A DNA stretch of 64,000 nt from Macrostomum lignano. Taxonomy: Eukaryota. Location of the stretch: NCBI GenBank assembly GCA_002269645.1, contig NIVC01001619.1, positions 62,001-126,000 of the forward strand. The letters run 5' to 3'. Below are positions 26,721-56,039 of this stretch, piece by piece (within the stretch, counting starts at the first letter, position 1; every line of letters starts with the position of its first letter). A model generated the notes under the pieces. That model did no database searches. It saw nothing but the letters and a program-made list of their open reading frames with translations, and was not told the DNA's origin. Both the position numbers and the translations under genes were made by a program.

Positions 26721-29380
26721 CAACGTATTTTGTTATTGTAGGATAACATAGAATCCTGTAATTTTCTAACCGAAAAGCTTTATGAATATCAATAGAGCAA
26801 TAAGAAAGGCATGCAAGACATTTCAAAGATGAACATTGGGGCTCCCTTCTATCAAAAGCAATAGCGATTACTGTGCTGAAAAATGAAAACCTATCTCCGT
26901 AATGTATACATATTGTTTTTATAAAATCTGCCTCTTAAAAATTATAAAGAAACGTATAGTTTTCTGTCCTACTACTTTAGTAGGGTCCTTGGGAGAAAAA
27001 ACCTTCGCGATTAAGTTACTCTTTTGATGAAGAATTAAGGGATAGTGGTATATGTCTAGTGTAGTCGGCATAGTCAGTCGGTCTTTAGAGACCATCAATG
27101 GAGGCAATAAGAAACGTGTCCAGTCTTTCTTAAATTTGATTTGTTGCTATCATTAAAACAAGCCAAGCTTAGCTTATTAAATACTGTGATTTAGTACTCA
27201 AAATACTTAAGCCTTAAATAATCTACATCATGTAGATGTGTTTGTTATGTGTTTCATATATCTTACAAGTTAAACGCTACAAGTTACAAGTTGATTAGCG
27301 ATTATCGCCACGTAGTGTTTTGCTCTACTGTGGTTTGCAATTCCATAAGGGAAATTATGATAACTATATATAAGCTTGAGTAAAAGACAAAGACTTTTTC
27401 TCAGCTTGTCAATCATTACACGCGTCGAGAATTGTAGACATTTCAAGACACTGTATAAAACGGATCGCTTGTACTCATAATAAGAACAATTGCAGCTTTG
27501 GAAAATTTTATGAAACGAAATTTATTTGTCACTTGTCACTAGTCGCACTTGTAGTCACTATATAGCTTAGCTACAAGTCGTATATGAACACCCCCTGGGA
27601 GGGGGGGCGTTTCATAGAAGTAATAAATTAAAAGCTACTACAAGCTTGTAGACTACAAACTACAAATGACAAGTTACAAGAGTATGCGTTTCACCACTTA
27701 ATTTGTAAGTTTGAGCGAATAGCTACAGGCTACAATTGTGTCAATCTACAATTATCTATGGTTAAAATCTATTAAAAACAAGACTATATTAAAAGACGTT
27801 CTCGTTTTCAGCAGCCGCGGCCCATTCCTCTAGCTGCCAAACCCTTTTCCTACGCGAGCAAGAATGCCACTGTCTATCTTTGGAGAAGAAGATTGTATTA
27901 AAAAAAAGAGATGAAATATCATCTTAGTCTAAATCAAAGTTATAAGTTAACTCGATCCTTAAACGTGCGTCGGTGTTCCGGGGCGACTTCAACGTCACTA
28001 GCGTCTCTATCACTATCTACGAGGTTGCAGGCTCGTACTTAGCATTATTATTCAGCATAAAGATACCATAGACGATTGAGCGCATTCCATGTACTTACTT
28101 TCTACGTATTTTCTTTGCTAACAATGTATGATCATCATTTTGTCTCTTGCGTATCCAATTCCGGTTTCGTCAATGTTCTATGTCGATGCGACCTTGGTTT
28201 CTGGAAAACACCCACTGAACAATTTCCTTATAAGAGTTTTGTTGCGACATCAATGACTTTAACCACAAAACGACAAATATTCATTTACCGTAGGGTACGG
28301 CACGTTCCTTCCTGCACAGAAATCCGAAATTGATGACATTGTGCTTTCACATAACATCAACTAATAACGAACGACGTCTGCATGCGTTGGCTGAACGTTG
28401 GTGTAATGTAAAAGTACATATCTGTCATCAGTGTCAGATTATTGTACGGGTCTATCGGCCTCGAACTCATTTCTAGGAAAATCGAACGTAATTCGCGTCC
28501 TTCCACTTCAGCGCACTGCCCAGTTGCCAAAACAACTTCAATGTATTCGTCTATTTTTAGCTTGAAAAACTGAAATCTTTTTTACATTTTTTTTCTTTTA
28601 CCATGACTTTGTATTGTTGGTTCTAAGAAAACAATGCGTTAATCGATTTGTAAAGAAAACAATGGTTCGCTTCTGCGGATGCGTTACTACCTACTTCTTT
28701 GTGTCTCGAATTTCCGCAACTTGCCTTCTCTGCACCAGTCTTATAGACAGAGAGATGCCTTTGGGGTTGAACGCTGCATCAGCTACCCACAGGAAACGCT
28801 CCGAGACAATGCAATGGGTCTGCCTTCCATGACAGAATCAGTAATTGCCCAACTAAACTTGGGAAGGCCAGGGAGACAGGCACCTGAGGAAAATTATTCC
28901 TTCAACTTTTTTATCGGTTCTTGTTGCGGGAACTGACAGCTTATTCATATCACAAGATACTTCTATATCTAGAAATAGGTAATATTTTACATGTATGCAT
29001 CAAATTTGCTGTTAGGGATATCCGAAAGCTAAAAAAATTAATGACGAATTAGCCGAAATTATTATCGATAGCCAAAGCAAAAATTAAAAAGGTTTGTATT
29101 TTCTGTTTCTTTAAAGCTACACAGAAATCAGATTTTGTTTCACTACTCAAAAGAATATTACGGGGCACGTTAGCATCAAACTTCATTCGAGGCCGGGAAA
29201 ATAAAAACTCGATTTCAGGGTTAGCAGCAAATGTTCTTCGGGGGTTCAATGTGTCGTTTTCAATAATCTTTGTTGCAGTTCTCTTCCGTATACAGTCTCT
29301 ATAGCTCCTTCATCTACTAAGCCTTCATAGCTTTATCCCGACTCACTCAGCCTCACAGCTTCATCCTGACTCACTCAGCC

Positions 29381-30233
29381 TCACAGCTTCATCCAGATCC
29401 ACTCAGCCTCGCTGGCCACCTCAGCGGGCACAGCGGCGAATCTCAGCAGGCGGCACATGCGGCTCGAAGCTGCGAAGACGCAGCCCTGACAGTCCGTGCT
29501 GCCGTAGCAGATGGTGGCGCATTCAACTGCGCTGCTGGCTGCGATGCTGCGGTGAGTGATGGAGCTGGCGGAGGCTGTGATGTTCGGCAGAGACGTCACG
29601 GGCAGTTTCGACATCACCGGATCGACTGCAGAAGGTTTGGTTAAAAATATGGAATGGCAATATTTTATTTGATATTTTTATCGCTCAGAGTTATTCGAAT
29701 ATTGCTGGTAAAATCGCTCATTTAAGGACTACTTTAGAACACAGCGTTTTTATAAAGTCGTCCTTAGCTAAATTAGCTTGTGTTTAAGCTTGTACGAGCT
29801 GCGTTAATCCAGAATGCTTACTTGGTGAGTAAGTCAGTTCGTAGATAGAATTTCTGTAAGTTCCACCGCAAATCTGAGACGAGTTTCCGCTGCAAGCCAA
29901 GCTGCAGTTGCCAGCCGGTGCGATGCCGTGCGATCCGTAGGCCGAGCCGCAGCAGCAGTAGCCCGCGGCCTGAACTCCAAAGTAGCGAAATCGGCCGTAA
30001 GAGCACATCTGGCTGCACAGTTGCAGTGTCATCCTGGCGACATCGAAAACAAATCCTGGGACATTGGGGTGAGTCTCAAACTGTCCGAACTTTTTCACCC
30101 CCTCCAGTCCTACAAGATCTCGGTTGCCACTAGCGCCATCCACGTAGCAGCCGAGGTGGCGAAACTCCAACGGTTGAGGCGGCACCGCAGCAGCGGCTGC
30201 CCAGCAGAGCAGCAGAGCGCAGAGTTTCAGCAT
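29381..30233 (-). CDS. Secreted WSC-domain + PAN/apple-like domain protein (exons 30233-29822, 29625-29381; ~218 aa)
   Basis: Signal peptide MLKLCALLLCWAAAAA. WSC cysteine pattern: HLGCYVD...MTLQLCSQMC...YFGVQAAGYCCCG...CSLACSGNSSQICGG. A GTAAGC/TGCAG phase-1 intron leads to a PAN-like SAVECATICYGSTDCQGCVFAASSRMCRL. Confidence 0.9.
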
Positions 30234-30365
30234 TGGGAGTCCAGAGAGTGACCAAACCGCAGTTTCTGAGACGCTTCTTCTGATTCAGGTAAGAAATTTA
30301 AGCAATATATTTGCTGGAAGAAGCCAATGGAAAATCGCCCACCAAATCTGTGCATGGATTGGCTG

Positions 30366-31130
30366 ACACCCTATCACCGTTTCTATTTGTTATTCCGACC
30401 GATTACGTCATGCGGCTGGCTCTGCGCGACGAAGACGGCTATGAAGTGGTGCCTCGCCGCAGCTCCCGCTTTCCCTGTGTCAAAAGCTGACCTGCCTCGC
30501 CTACGCCGACGACTTGGCGCTGACCTGCTGCAGCCACGAAGCTGCGCAGAGGGCGGTGAGTCGGCTGGCTGACGAGCTGGCTGGCTCCACATCAACTACG
30601 GCAAGACATAGGTGCTGCATGTTGGCATTGCCAACTCTTCACCGCTGCTTCTACCGGACGGCAACACCATCGCCCAGTGCAACCAGTTCAAGTATCTGGG
30701 CGTCCTGACCCGGATGCCATTGTTAACAACCGCAAACAGCTGGCTTGGCGAGCCTCCCACCTTCTCCGCTCCATCTTCAACTGCCGGCTCGCCTCCGACA
30801 GCTTGAAGGTCGCCCTCTTCCGCTCGGCAGTTGAGACGGTGCTGACCTATGGGCTGGAAGCTGTTCCCATGACTGCCACTCTGACTGACACGTCGCTTCT
30901 CACTGACTTGCCTAGGCTCTGGGCCTTAGCCCTCAGTCTGCAACTAGGCTAGAGTCAGCTGTTTTTCACCAGCGGGTGCTTCGCTGACCCCTGCGCCAGC
31001 GTCTGTTTGATAATAATAATAATAATAATGTTAATAATAATAATAATAATAATAATATTAATAATAATAATAATAATGTTAATAATAGTAATAATAATAA
31101 TAATACTAAATAATAAATAATATTAATAAT
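30366..31130 (+). mobile_element. 5'-truncated, decayed RTE-like LINE with (TAA)n tail
   Basis: DTLSPFLFV, then a frameshift to KLTCLAYADDLAL (YADD at 30502-30513), then NQFKYLGV and FRSAVETVLTYGLEA. A degenerate (TAA)n tract at 31008-31130 fits a microsatellite 3' tail. Confidence 0.9.
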
Positions 31131-32836
31131 GGCGGAGGAGACTTTATCAGACAAATCTCTGAAATCTCCTATTTATCTCCAATATGTATAATTTTTCGGT
31201 AAAACCTTTCTACTAAAATTTTACAAGAAACGTATAGTTTCCCGTCCTACTTGAGTAGCCGTTGATACAGACATTGATGCTTTTGAAATTTTTAGACCTA
31301 AATAACTCCAAGGAAAATTTTAATTAAAATTTATCCAGATTATTCTTTGCATGTACGTTTGCATAAATTTCTGTATTAATTATAAATATTCCGATAAAAA
31401 ATTGTTACCCCATCCTATAATTAGGATTTTAACTTTTTTGATAGATTTTATCAAGGACCACTAGGAACACTTCGTTATATACTTATAGTCTAGTAGTCCT
31501 TGGATTTTATTTGTAAACCACAGATTTTTATAGTAAGTAGAGATCTCGATCACTTTAGTAATGTAATGTATCTTTATATCTATTTTAAAAGTAATCATAT
31601 TTTGTATTTATTTCACATTGTGCATTATTTGTATTTGTATTCTATTTATATTTTACTGTATGTACTTGTTTATTTTGCTTGACAGTTTATAATGAAGATT
31701 GAAGCTTGTTTTAATGACTAATAATTAACTAAAATAAATATGAATCATAGATTTTTTGGTAACAGTTCGCCGCTCTGATTCAGCACCTCTCGATTGAAAA
31801 TTCAAATTATGGTCTTCGGCTATTCATTTCATTACAGTAAATGCAGTTTGAACAAAACGAATCAGTTCATCGGTGTTTACATTAACTTAACAAAATTATT
31901 TGTAGAATCCGATTAGCTAAACAAATAATAAGCTTGTTATATTTATTTAATAATAAATTTAGTAATAATTAAAAAATACAAGAATAAAAATTAAAGTACA
32001 ATATACTTCCAAAATTATGAACTCTCAGATTTTTCTTATTATTGCGTATCTAACAGATATGATTTTAGAGGCAAAAACAATTTTTGGATTTTTTATATTA
32101 AATACAATAAACTACAACACAGCCAAAAAGCATAAAAAACTAAAAAAACTGCAGAAAGGCTAACAGGGGTTAAAAATGTTTCCAAACAGCTAGACAACGA
32201 AGATGATTGTGCAAGAATGGAAGTGAATGGGTAGTATAATATATGAAATGGCAAGAAAAAATGAAAAAAATTATGAGAAAAACAAACGGAAAGAGCTTCT
32301 GTGAGCTTACGGAGTGCTCACAGAAATTTAAACAATTAGCCACCCATCTTACGGTACTACTGACAATTGCAAGTAAGTAGTAAGATAGATAGATATGATT
32401 GTGCTAGCTAAAATTGTAGTTCGCAATTAATTAAATTACTGAGGTGCAACTGTTGACGTCCAGAAAGCTAACACAAAGGACAGAGAAGCGGCAGAAATAA
32501 ATTTTGTTCAAATTCATCAAACGTTCAAAATATTAAATTTTTAACAATTCGTAAATATAAATACCCACAACTTAACGATTAAAACATCAAATAGACCCCG
32601 AACTGTCAGCAATTCGTAACCATTAGCTCTTTTAACAAACAATAGAAGAAGTATAAAGTCAACTTAATTTATAATTAACCTTTACGAAAGGTTCAGAATT
32701 TAAGATTCTGTCCGTCCGGGCTTCAAAAATTAAAATGGTTCAATATTAAAATGGACCCATATTTTTTCTATTTCCAATTCGGTTTTAACTTATGTGCCTA
32801 AACTTGAATTTGTCGAATAGTAATTACTGCAAAAAA

Positions 32837-44098
<11,262 letters not shown>

Positions 44099-45099
44099 GC
44101 GGTCTCTATCGTGTCCGTGGAGATTGAGGAATAGACTGTAAAAATATGGTGATGAAGAGCAGGCGGAGTCTGGTACAGAAGTCAGACAACTACCATAAAC
44201 TGGGCTGTCTGTCTCTCCAAAACAGCCTTCAACCTTTACCGCACACGCTAGCCTATGGCTATATTTATATACAGAGATAAACAGCATTTGGTCTGAGGCA
44301 GAAGTACATTTACGTTTGAGCTCTCAGCTCTGCTCAACGGTGGTTGGACCCTCTCGAGGCTTCTGGGGTGAACGGAGGGCTTTGAGAGGGCCCTCCCCGA
44401 CTCTCCCCGACTCTCCCTTTCTCTCCGTGCGGTCACAATCCAGTGCGCAAAAAAGCCGAGGAACTGAGTCCCCGTTCAAATCCCTTAAGCTGTCAATTTT
44501 CCCCTTCCCTTTCCACCCTCTCTCTCCTGCAGGCCAAGTCTCAATTAGACCCATGCAGACTCTATCTGTAAGTGTATCTCCCAAGCCATGGCGACTTTCA
44601 AGGCCTTCTCACATGTACTAGCAAAGCTCGCGTACTAAGAGGGAAGACAGATTGGGAGACGTCTGAAGGTATGGATTTATAGTGTACTCAGTGGCCCTCT
44701 CCATCTTCACACATGGCTCTGTTCGCCTTCTCTATCCGTGCCAAGCTGCACGCCATTGGGGAGGAGTATACAGCTCAGGCCCCGAGACAGAGACAGACGG
44801 ACAGATAGATTAGGATTCTGCTGTACAGTGTTAAAACCGGATGGATCTGGCGACGGCTGGACTGGGGCGTTTTTAGCTCAGCTCCTCCTCAGTTAGTTAT
44901 ATTTTTCTCAATCCAACATGCATCTTTTTGCAGTGGCTACTGAAAAATCAGCATTAGTACTGTAGTGTACTTGCGCAGAGGAGCATGTCACAACTTTATC
45001 AAAATTTACCTTCAATCTTGAACCCACTAGGACTAAATATCACATTGATTGACTTATACACCATAGATATACCACACAGACAGCGTACCCCTTAAATGC

Positions 45100-45995
45100 C
45101 ACACACCATAGATCCCAAACCCCACAGATCCCACACCCCATAGATGCCATACCTCATAGATCACACAACCAATGGATCACCCACCCTATGGATCCCGCAC
45201 CCCATAGATCACACACACCCCATAGATCCCACACCCCATAGATCTCACACCCCATAGATCCCACACCCCATAGATCCCACACCCCATAGATCCCACACCC
45301 CATAGATCCCACACCCCATAGATCCCACACCCCATGGATCCCACACCTCATAGATCCGACAATCCCATAGATCCCACACCACATAGATCACACATCCCAT
45401 AGATCCCACACCCCATAGATGACACATCCCATAGATCACACATCCCATAGATCCCACACCCCATAGATCCCACACCCCATAGATCCCACAACCCCATAGA
45501 TCCCACAACCCCATAGATCCCACAACCCCATAGATCCCACAACCCCATAGATCCCACAACCCCATAGATCCCACAACCCCATAGATCCCACAACCCCATA
45601 GATCACACACTCCATAGATCCCACAACCCCATAGATCCCACAACCCCATAGTTCCACACCCCATAGATCACACATCCCATAGATCCCACAACCCCATAGA
45701 TCACACACTCCATAGATCCCACACCCCATAGATCACACACCCCATAGATCCCACATCCCATAGATCCCACATCCCATAGATCCCACATCCCATAGATCCC
45801 ACAACCCCATAGATCACACACTCCATAGATCCCACACCCCATAGATCACACACCACATAGATCCCACATCCCATAGATCCCACAACCCCATAGATCCCAC
45901 AACTCCATAGATCACACACTCCATAGATCCCACACCCCATAGATCACACATCCCATAGATCCCACATCCCATAGATCCAACAACCCCATAGTTCC
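45100..45995. repeat. ~19-20-bp minisatellite (CCATAGATCCCACACC) upstream of TRPM
   Basis: Tandem degenerate units. Confidence 0.93.
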
Positions 45996-46789
45996 ACACC
46001 CAATATATTTCACACGCATAGAATCTCAAACGTAAAAGTTGAACTAGACTAGTTGAACTAGTTGAACTGATTCAATCTACAATGAAAATAGTACGTGCAA
46101 TAAATTTGAAAGAATCAAATGAAAACAATGATTGGTGCTGCTAGGGGAAACTATAGAAACGCCAAAGAAAGTAAAATACTTTCATTTGTGTAAATTTTTA
46201 TTCAACACAGCTGTTGTTGGGGGGGGGGCTTTCAACACTCCGCTCAGACACTTTTCTTGCCTTTCACTGTCACCTTTAATCAGTCACTCACGCGGTTCTT
46301 ATATACACAGTCACAATCAGCATGCAGTTAATAATAAACTGTGTTTTGGACAATAAGCTCAGACTATAGAAGTATTTAAGGAAGGTCTTTTAAGGAAGTT
46401 GCTTGAGAGTTTCCTGCGACAGTGGCTAATGGCGTGCTGTGGACCGACAGGATTCAGTTCACACAGGCACTTAAGAACTACACGAGTTTACAGTATTTGA
46501 CGGCCTTGACGTAAATTATAAGTAGTAGCAATACTTTTCCCAGCTAAAATTCCTGCAGAGAGAGCTATAGGATAAAGACAGAGCAAAATTTGCATTTATT
46601 TATTAATAATTTCTATTTTGACTGTAGGCTGGTACGAGATTTTGGCACATTGCCAAATTATATACATGTAGTTTAATAAAACATATTTATAATTTACACG
46701 TCGCTTTATTGAACACTACTCGTACATAGCTCAAAATGGCCAGATAAAGATAATCTAGCAAATGACTGCAAGAGGATGTGAGAGTTGAG

Positions 46790-47345
46790 ACTATACAGAT
46801 CGCGAGAAGAGAGGGGCGAGAAAGGATCGATGAGATGAGAGATAGGATGAAAGGAGAGAGAGGTGGAAGAAAAAGAGAAAGGCAAAAAGAGAAAAGATGA
46901 GAGAGATGAAAGATAAGATTTGAAAAAAGAGAAGAGAGGAAGGATGAGATAGATGAGCGATGGCATGAGATAAGGGAAGTGGAGGAAAGATGAGACAGAT
47001 GAGAGATGGGATGGGAAAAAGAGAAGAGAGGAAAGATGAGACAGATGAGAGATGGGATGGGAAAAAGAGAAGAGAGGAAAGATGAGACAGATGAGAGATG
47101 GGATGGGAAAAAGAGAAGAGAGGAAAGATGAGACAGGTGAGAGATGGGATGGGAAAAAGAGAAGAGAGGAAAGATGAGAGAGACGAGAGATGGGATGAGA
47201 AAAGGGAAATGGAGGAAATATGAGAGATGGGATGAGAAAAGCGAAGGAGAGGAAAGATGAGATGAGATCGCGATGATTGATGGGATAAGAAAACGAGAAG
47301 AGATGAAATATTAGAGATGATCGATGTGATGAGAAATATGGGAAA
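46790..47345. repeat. GA-rich tract with internal ~47-bp tandem copies
   Basis: GATGAGAGATGGGATGGGAAAAAGAGAAGAGAGGAAAGATGAGACA is repeated. Confidence 0.85.
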
Positions 47346-47419
47346 GACGAGAGAAGAAAGCTATAAGAAGAGCCGGATCGCTATTCGCACGAAGCTTTAA
47401 AATAACCCATGGGCCGCGG

Positions 47420-47972
47420 GGTGGGTTTCACAAACGCGAAATTTCACAACCGCGAAACTTCACAACCGCGAAACTTCACAACCGCTAAATGTCATTTACT
47501 TTCACAACCGCGAAACTTCATAACCGCGAAACTTCACAAACGCGAAACTTCACAACCGCGAAACTTCACAACCGCGAAATTTCACAACCGCTAAATGTCA
47601 TTTACTTTCACAACCGCGAAACTTCATAACCGCGAAACTTCACAAACGCGAAACTTCACAACCGCGAAACTTCACAACCGCGAAATTTCACAACCGCTAA
47701 ATGTCATTTACTTTCACAACCGCGAAACTTCACAAACGCTAAAATTTTTGCATTTACTTTCATATACAACAAACAGTCTTTTTAGCGGTTGTGAAGTTTC
47801 GCGGTTGTGAAAGTAGATGACATTTAGCGGTTGTGAAGTTTCACGTTTGTGAAGTTTAGCGCTCATGAAAGTATGTGATTTAGCGGGTTGTGAAGTTTCG
47901 CGCTTATGAAGTTCGCGTTTATGAAAGTAGGTGATTTACGGTTGTGAAATTTCGCGTTTGTGAAAGCAAACC
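47420..47972. mobile_element. Foldback/Mutator-like non-autonomous element with 9-bp TSD
   Basis: Direct repeat GGGCCGCGG at 47411-47419 and 47973-47981. A perfect 27-bp inverted repeat (TTTCACAAACGCGAAATTTCACAACCG) lies just inside the GG...CC termini. The arms are built from ~14-bp subrepeats in opposite orientation. Confidence 0.82.
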
Positions 47973-48744
47973 GGGCCGCGGATAGAGAGGCTTCGCAGTT
48001 TGCCAACCTTATACTACTGTAGAGTTTCTACATTTCCATTGTGAATGCTTTAGCCGTCAAGCCGTCTCATTATTGAAATACTAAATAATGGACTTCGCGT
48101 ATCTCATTGGCAGTAAATGCACATTTGGCCAAGACACAACCATTAGCAAAAAGCAACCCAGAACCCAGTAATTGCTAGAAATAATTGTCATTTGACCCAG
48201 CTCCTAAAGGGACTACGAATTTTGTAAAGCCAAATTCACATAACAGGTGTGGCTTGCATCTATATATGTATACGACTTCTGTATATTTATATATCATTGC
48301 ACTGATAGCATACCCCTAGGTATGTGAATGTGTTGTATTGATTTTTATGTAGGGTGTGGCTATTTTGTACGGTATGGCTCAGAACTCGACTTGACAATCT
48401 TGTTGAGCCCTCAAAAGCATGAGCAGGTCATACTGCAAGCTCAGTAGGATCTTCGCCAATGTTAATTAATCCCCACTAGCTACTATAAAGTCTGCCAACA
48501 CTTGAAAAAACGCATGCAGTGTGCCAATCATGCCAAATCCGAGTGCTTGCCAACAGCAACGCTCAGGAAATGAAGTCAATAAAACTTGTTAAGCGGGGAT
48601 CGTTCGATCCCAGCGGCCATAATTCACAGTTTATCATCAAATATTCAGACCCAGACCGTGCCTGCATGCTCAAAGTACATATACATGTAAGATCTCTACA
48701 AAATCAGATCTCGTTGATGCTACTAGCAAGTAGCCTGAACAAGT

Positions 48745-49160
48745 TTTCAACTCTAAAACGACGTCCGAGATGTCGTCACGGTTACAAGTCGCTCAAAAGA
48801 CGTCAGAGTCAATTTGAAGTGTTTTATGGTCTGCGACTATGGGGCCATATAGAGTCGTATTTGAGGCATGCTAGAGTCGACTGTATCTAGTCACTGAGTT
48901 GTGTTTGAAGCGCATTTGCGTCGCTTGATCGACGAATTAGAGTCACATCTCTGGCGAAATTGAGCGCCATCGCAACGATTCTTGGACGACCCTTTCGCGA
49001 CTCTTTTAGGATTCTACAAGTCACGCGACGCAACAGACGACTCTCCGTCACATTGGACGTGCTTGAGTCATTAAAAAGTCACAATTGAGTCGCTAGTAGA
49101 TCACTAGAGAATTTTTTGCAACTAGCGATTATTGTCACGGTATCGTTTTCAACGAGCCAT
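48745..49160. repeat. Dispersed repeat (GAGTCG/CGACTC-rich), paralogue of 57168-57507 + 58575-58650
   Basis: Collinear shared blocks: TCTAAAACGAC..GATGT..CACGG..TACAAGTCG, GAGTCGTAT(T/C)TGAGGC, TTGAGTC(A/G)TTAAAAAGTCA, GAGTCGCTA..CACTAGAGA. Confidence 0.75.
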
Positions 49161-49358
49161 CTTTAAATTGGGGTTTTAAGAGGTTATAAATGAAATAACT
49201 GAAACTCAGAAAAATCCATCAAAAATATTTTCGAACGCAGAAATTTTCTTAAGACGTGGTTCAACAGCGAAGACTGTTTATTTACTATCGTAATTGTTGA
49301 ATTTAAAACCCAAGAGAAGCTGGAGCGAGAAAGTTTCACAACAATGAAATGCCAGGAC

Positions 49359-54279
<4,921 letters not shown>

Positions 54280-55069
54280 GAGCTTGAATTCTTTATCTGG
54301 TCCTTGAGATAAAGAAATTTTGCCGCCCCTTGGATTGGACCAACACACGATGCTACAGGGTTGCTATTGTCACTATAAATCATTAACTAAAATAGCTGTT
54401 GTACAACAAATACGAAAGCTTTTCAAAACATTTTTAAGAAACCAGGTGCTCAGGAAGTTCATTTTTTTCTCTAATAATTTTCTGTTAGTTACTACATAAT
54501 AGTAGTTTTATCTTGTATTAAATGAATCGTAAACAAATATCTACACGAAGATATTAATGACCGCAATGAATTTATTTGACACTTGCAAAGAAAGCAAATA
54601 TAGCTCGTTAATAACTTAATCAGCGAAATTCGCCAAACTTAAAGTAAATATCATACCTTTATTTTTAAGTACACTTAAAGTGCCAAAATAGTAAAGCAGT
54701 ATAAAAGTAATAAGTATATAAAAATGGTGATGGCATAATGGGATGATAGTAAGAAAGGAAATAACTATAGCTACCAAGTAATTAAACTAACCGACTTTAC
54801 AGACAAAGTAAAGGAAAAAAGAATCAATTAAAAGGATAAACAATGTTTAATAATAATTTATTGCACATCTTTTATCGTTAGGAATAAGTAAAAGAACAGT
54901 TCTGTGTTCGATAAATGAGTAGAAAAATATCTACATTATATAAATAAATGAGAACGAATATTGCAAAAATTAGCATGATTCGAGTCGTAGTGGGGGGTGC
55001 ATTTAAAAAAATGAATCAGATTAAACTGGAGAATATGGAAATATATATTAATTTTCCATATGTACTTAA

Positions 55070-55670
55070 AATGATATTTTCTCTATAATGAACTGTTTTA
55101 ATGAGATCAGAAGCGACAGCTTTAACCATAGACAGTTGTAGACAGATGATATTTTCTCTATAATGCACTGTTTTAATGAGATCAGAAGCGACAGCTTTAA
55201 CCATAGACAGTTGTAGACAGATGATATTTTCTCTATAATGCACTGTTTTAATGAGATCAGAAGCGACAGCTTTAACCATAGACAGTTGTAGACAGATGAT
55301 ATTTTCTCTATAATGCACTGTTTTAATGAGATCAGAAGCGACAGCTTTAACCATAGACAGTTGTAGACAGATGATATTTTCTCTATAATGCACTGTTTTA
55401 ATGAGATCAGAAGCGACAGCTTTAACCATAGACAGTTTTAGACAGATGATATTTTCTCTATAATGAACTGTTTTAATGAGATCAGAAGCGACAGCTTTAA
55501 CCATAGACAGTTGTAGACAGATGATATTTTCTCTATAATGCACTGTTTTAATGAGATCAGAAGCGACAGCTTTAACCATAGACAGTTGTAGACAGGTGAT
55601 ATTTTCTCTATAATGCACTGTTTTAATGAGATCAGAAGCGACAGCTTTAACCATAGACAGTTTCAGACAG
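55070..55670. repeat. 75-bp tandem repeat (~8 copies)
   Basis: AAGCGACAGC at 55111, 55186 and onward; explains ORF 55016-55813. Confidence 0.96.
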
Positions 55671-55699
55671 ATTAGAAAAAAACCACAACCATAATGAAT

Positions 55700-55976
55700 A
55701 ATAATAATGATAATAGGAAAAATTACATCCGCTCTAAATGAAGGCTTCGTACGGCTGTTCAGTCCAAGGACTAAGGGGGGGGGGTTGCCACGCACACACA
55801 TACACACGCTCAATTACCCCAACTAATGCTGGCACCCATTTTACAGCTGGGTGAACTGAAGCAATGCAAAGTTAAGTGTCTTGCTCAAGGTCTTGCTTGT
55901 TTCGAGTGGGTCGAGAATCGAACCTCTGACCTTTCACTCGTGAGTCTGACGCTTTTAATCACTAGGCTACAACCCC
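55700..55976 (-). mobile_element. tRNA-derived SINE with MIR/CORE-like central domain
   Basis: The minus-strand head GGGGTTGTAGCCTAGTGATTAA (A-box) ... GGTTCGATTCTC (B-box) is followed by ACCTTGAGCAAGACACTTAAC...TGCTTCAGTTCACCCAGCTGTAAAATGGG. The 3' boundary is approximate, near an (ATT)n-like tract. Confidence 0.8.
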
Positions 55977-56039
55977 TACCATAGAACTTTGAACTACACA
56001 GAACGGGCTCGTGGCGCAAGAGTCATACAGTTCATTCTC

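Noticed and set aside
28076-28936. Possible downstream TRPM exons or transposase remnants
   Set aside because: The open stretches are under 90 aa with no coiled-coil, NUDT9-H or DDE motifs that I could recognise.
55016-55813. 265-aa ORF with a 25-aa repeat
   Set aside because: It is explained by a 75-bp tandem repeat, with no splice context or recognisable domain.
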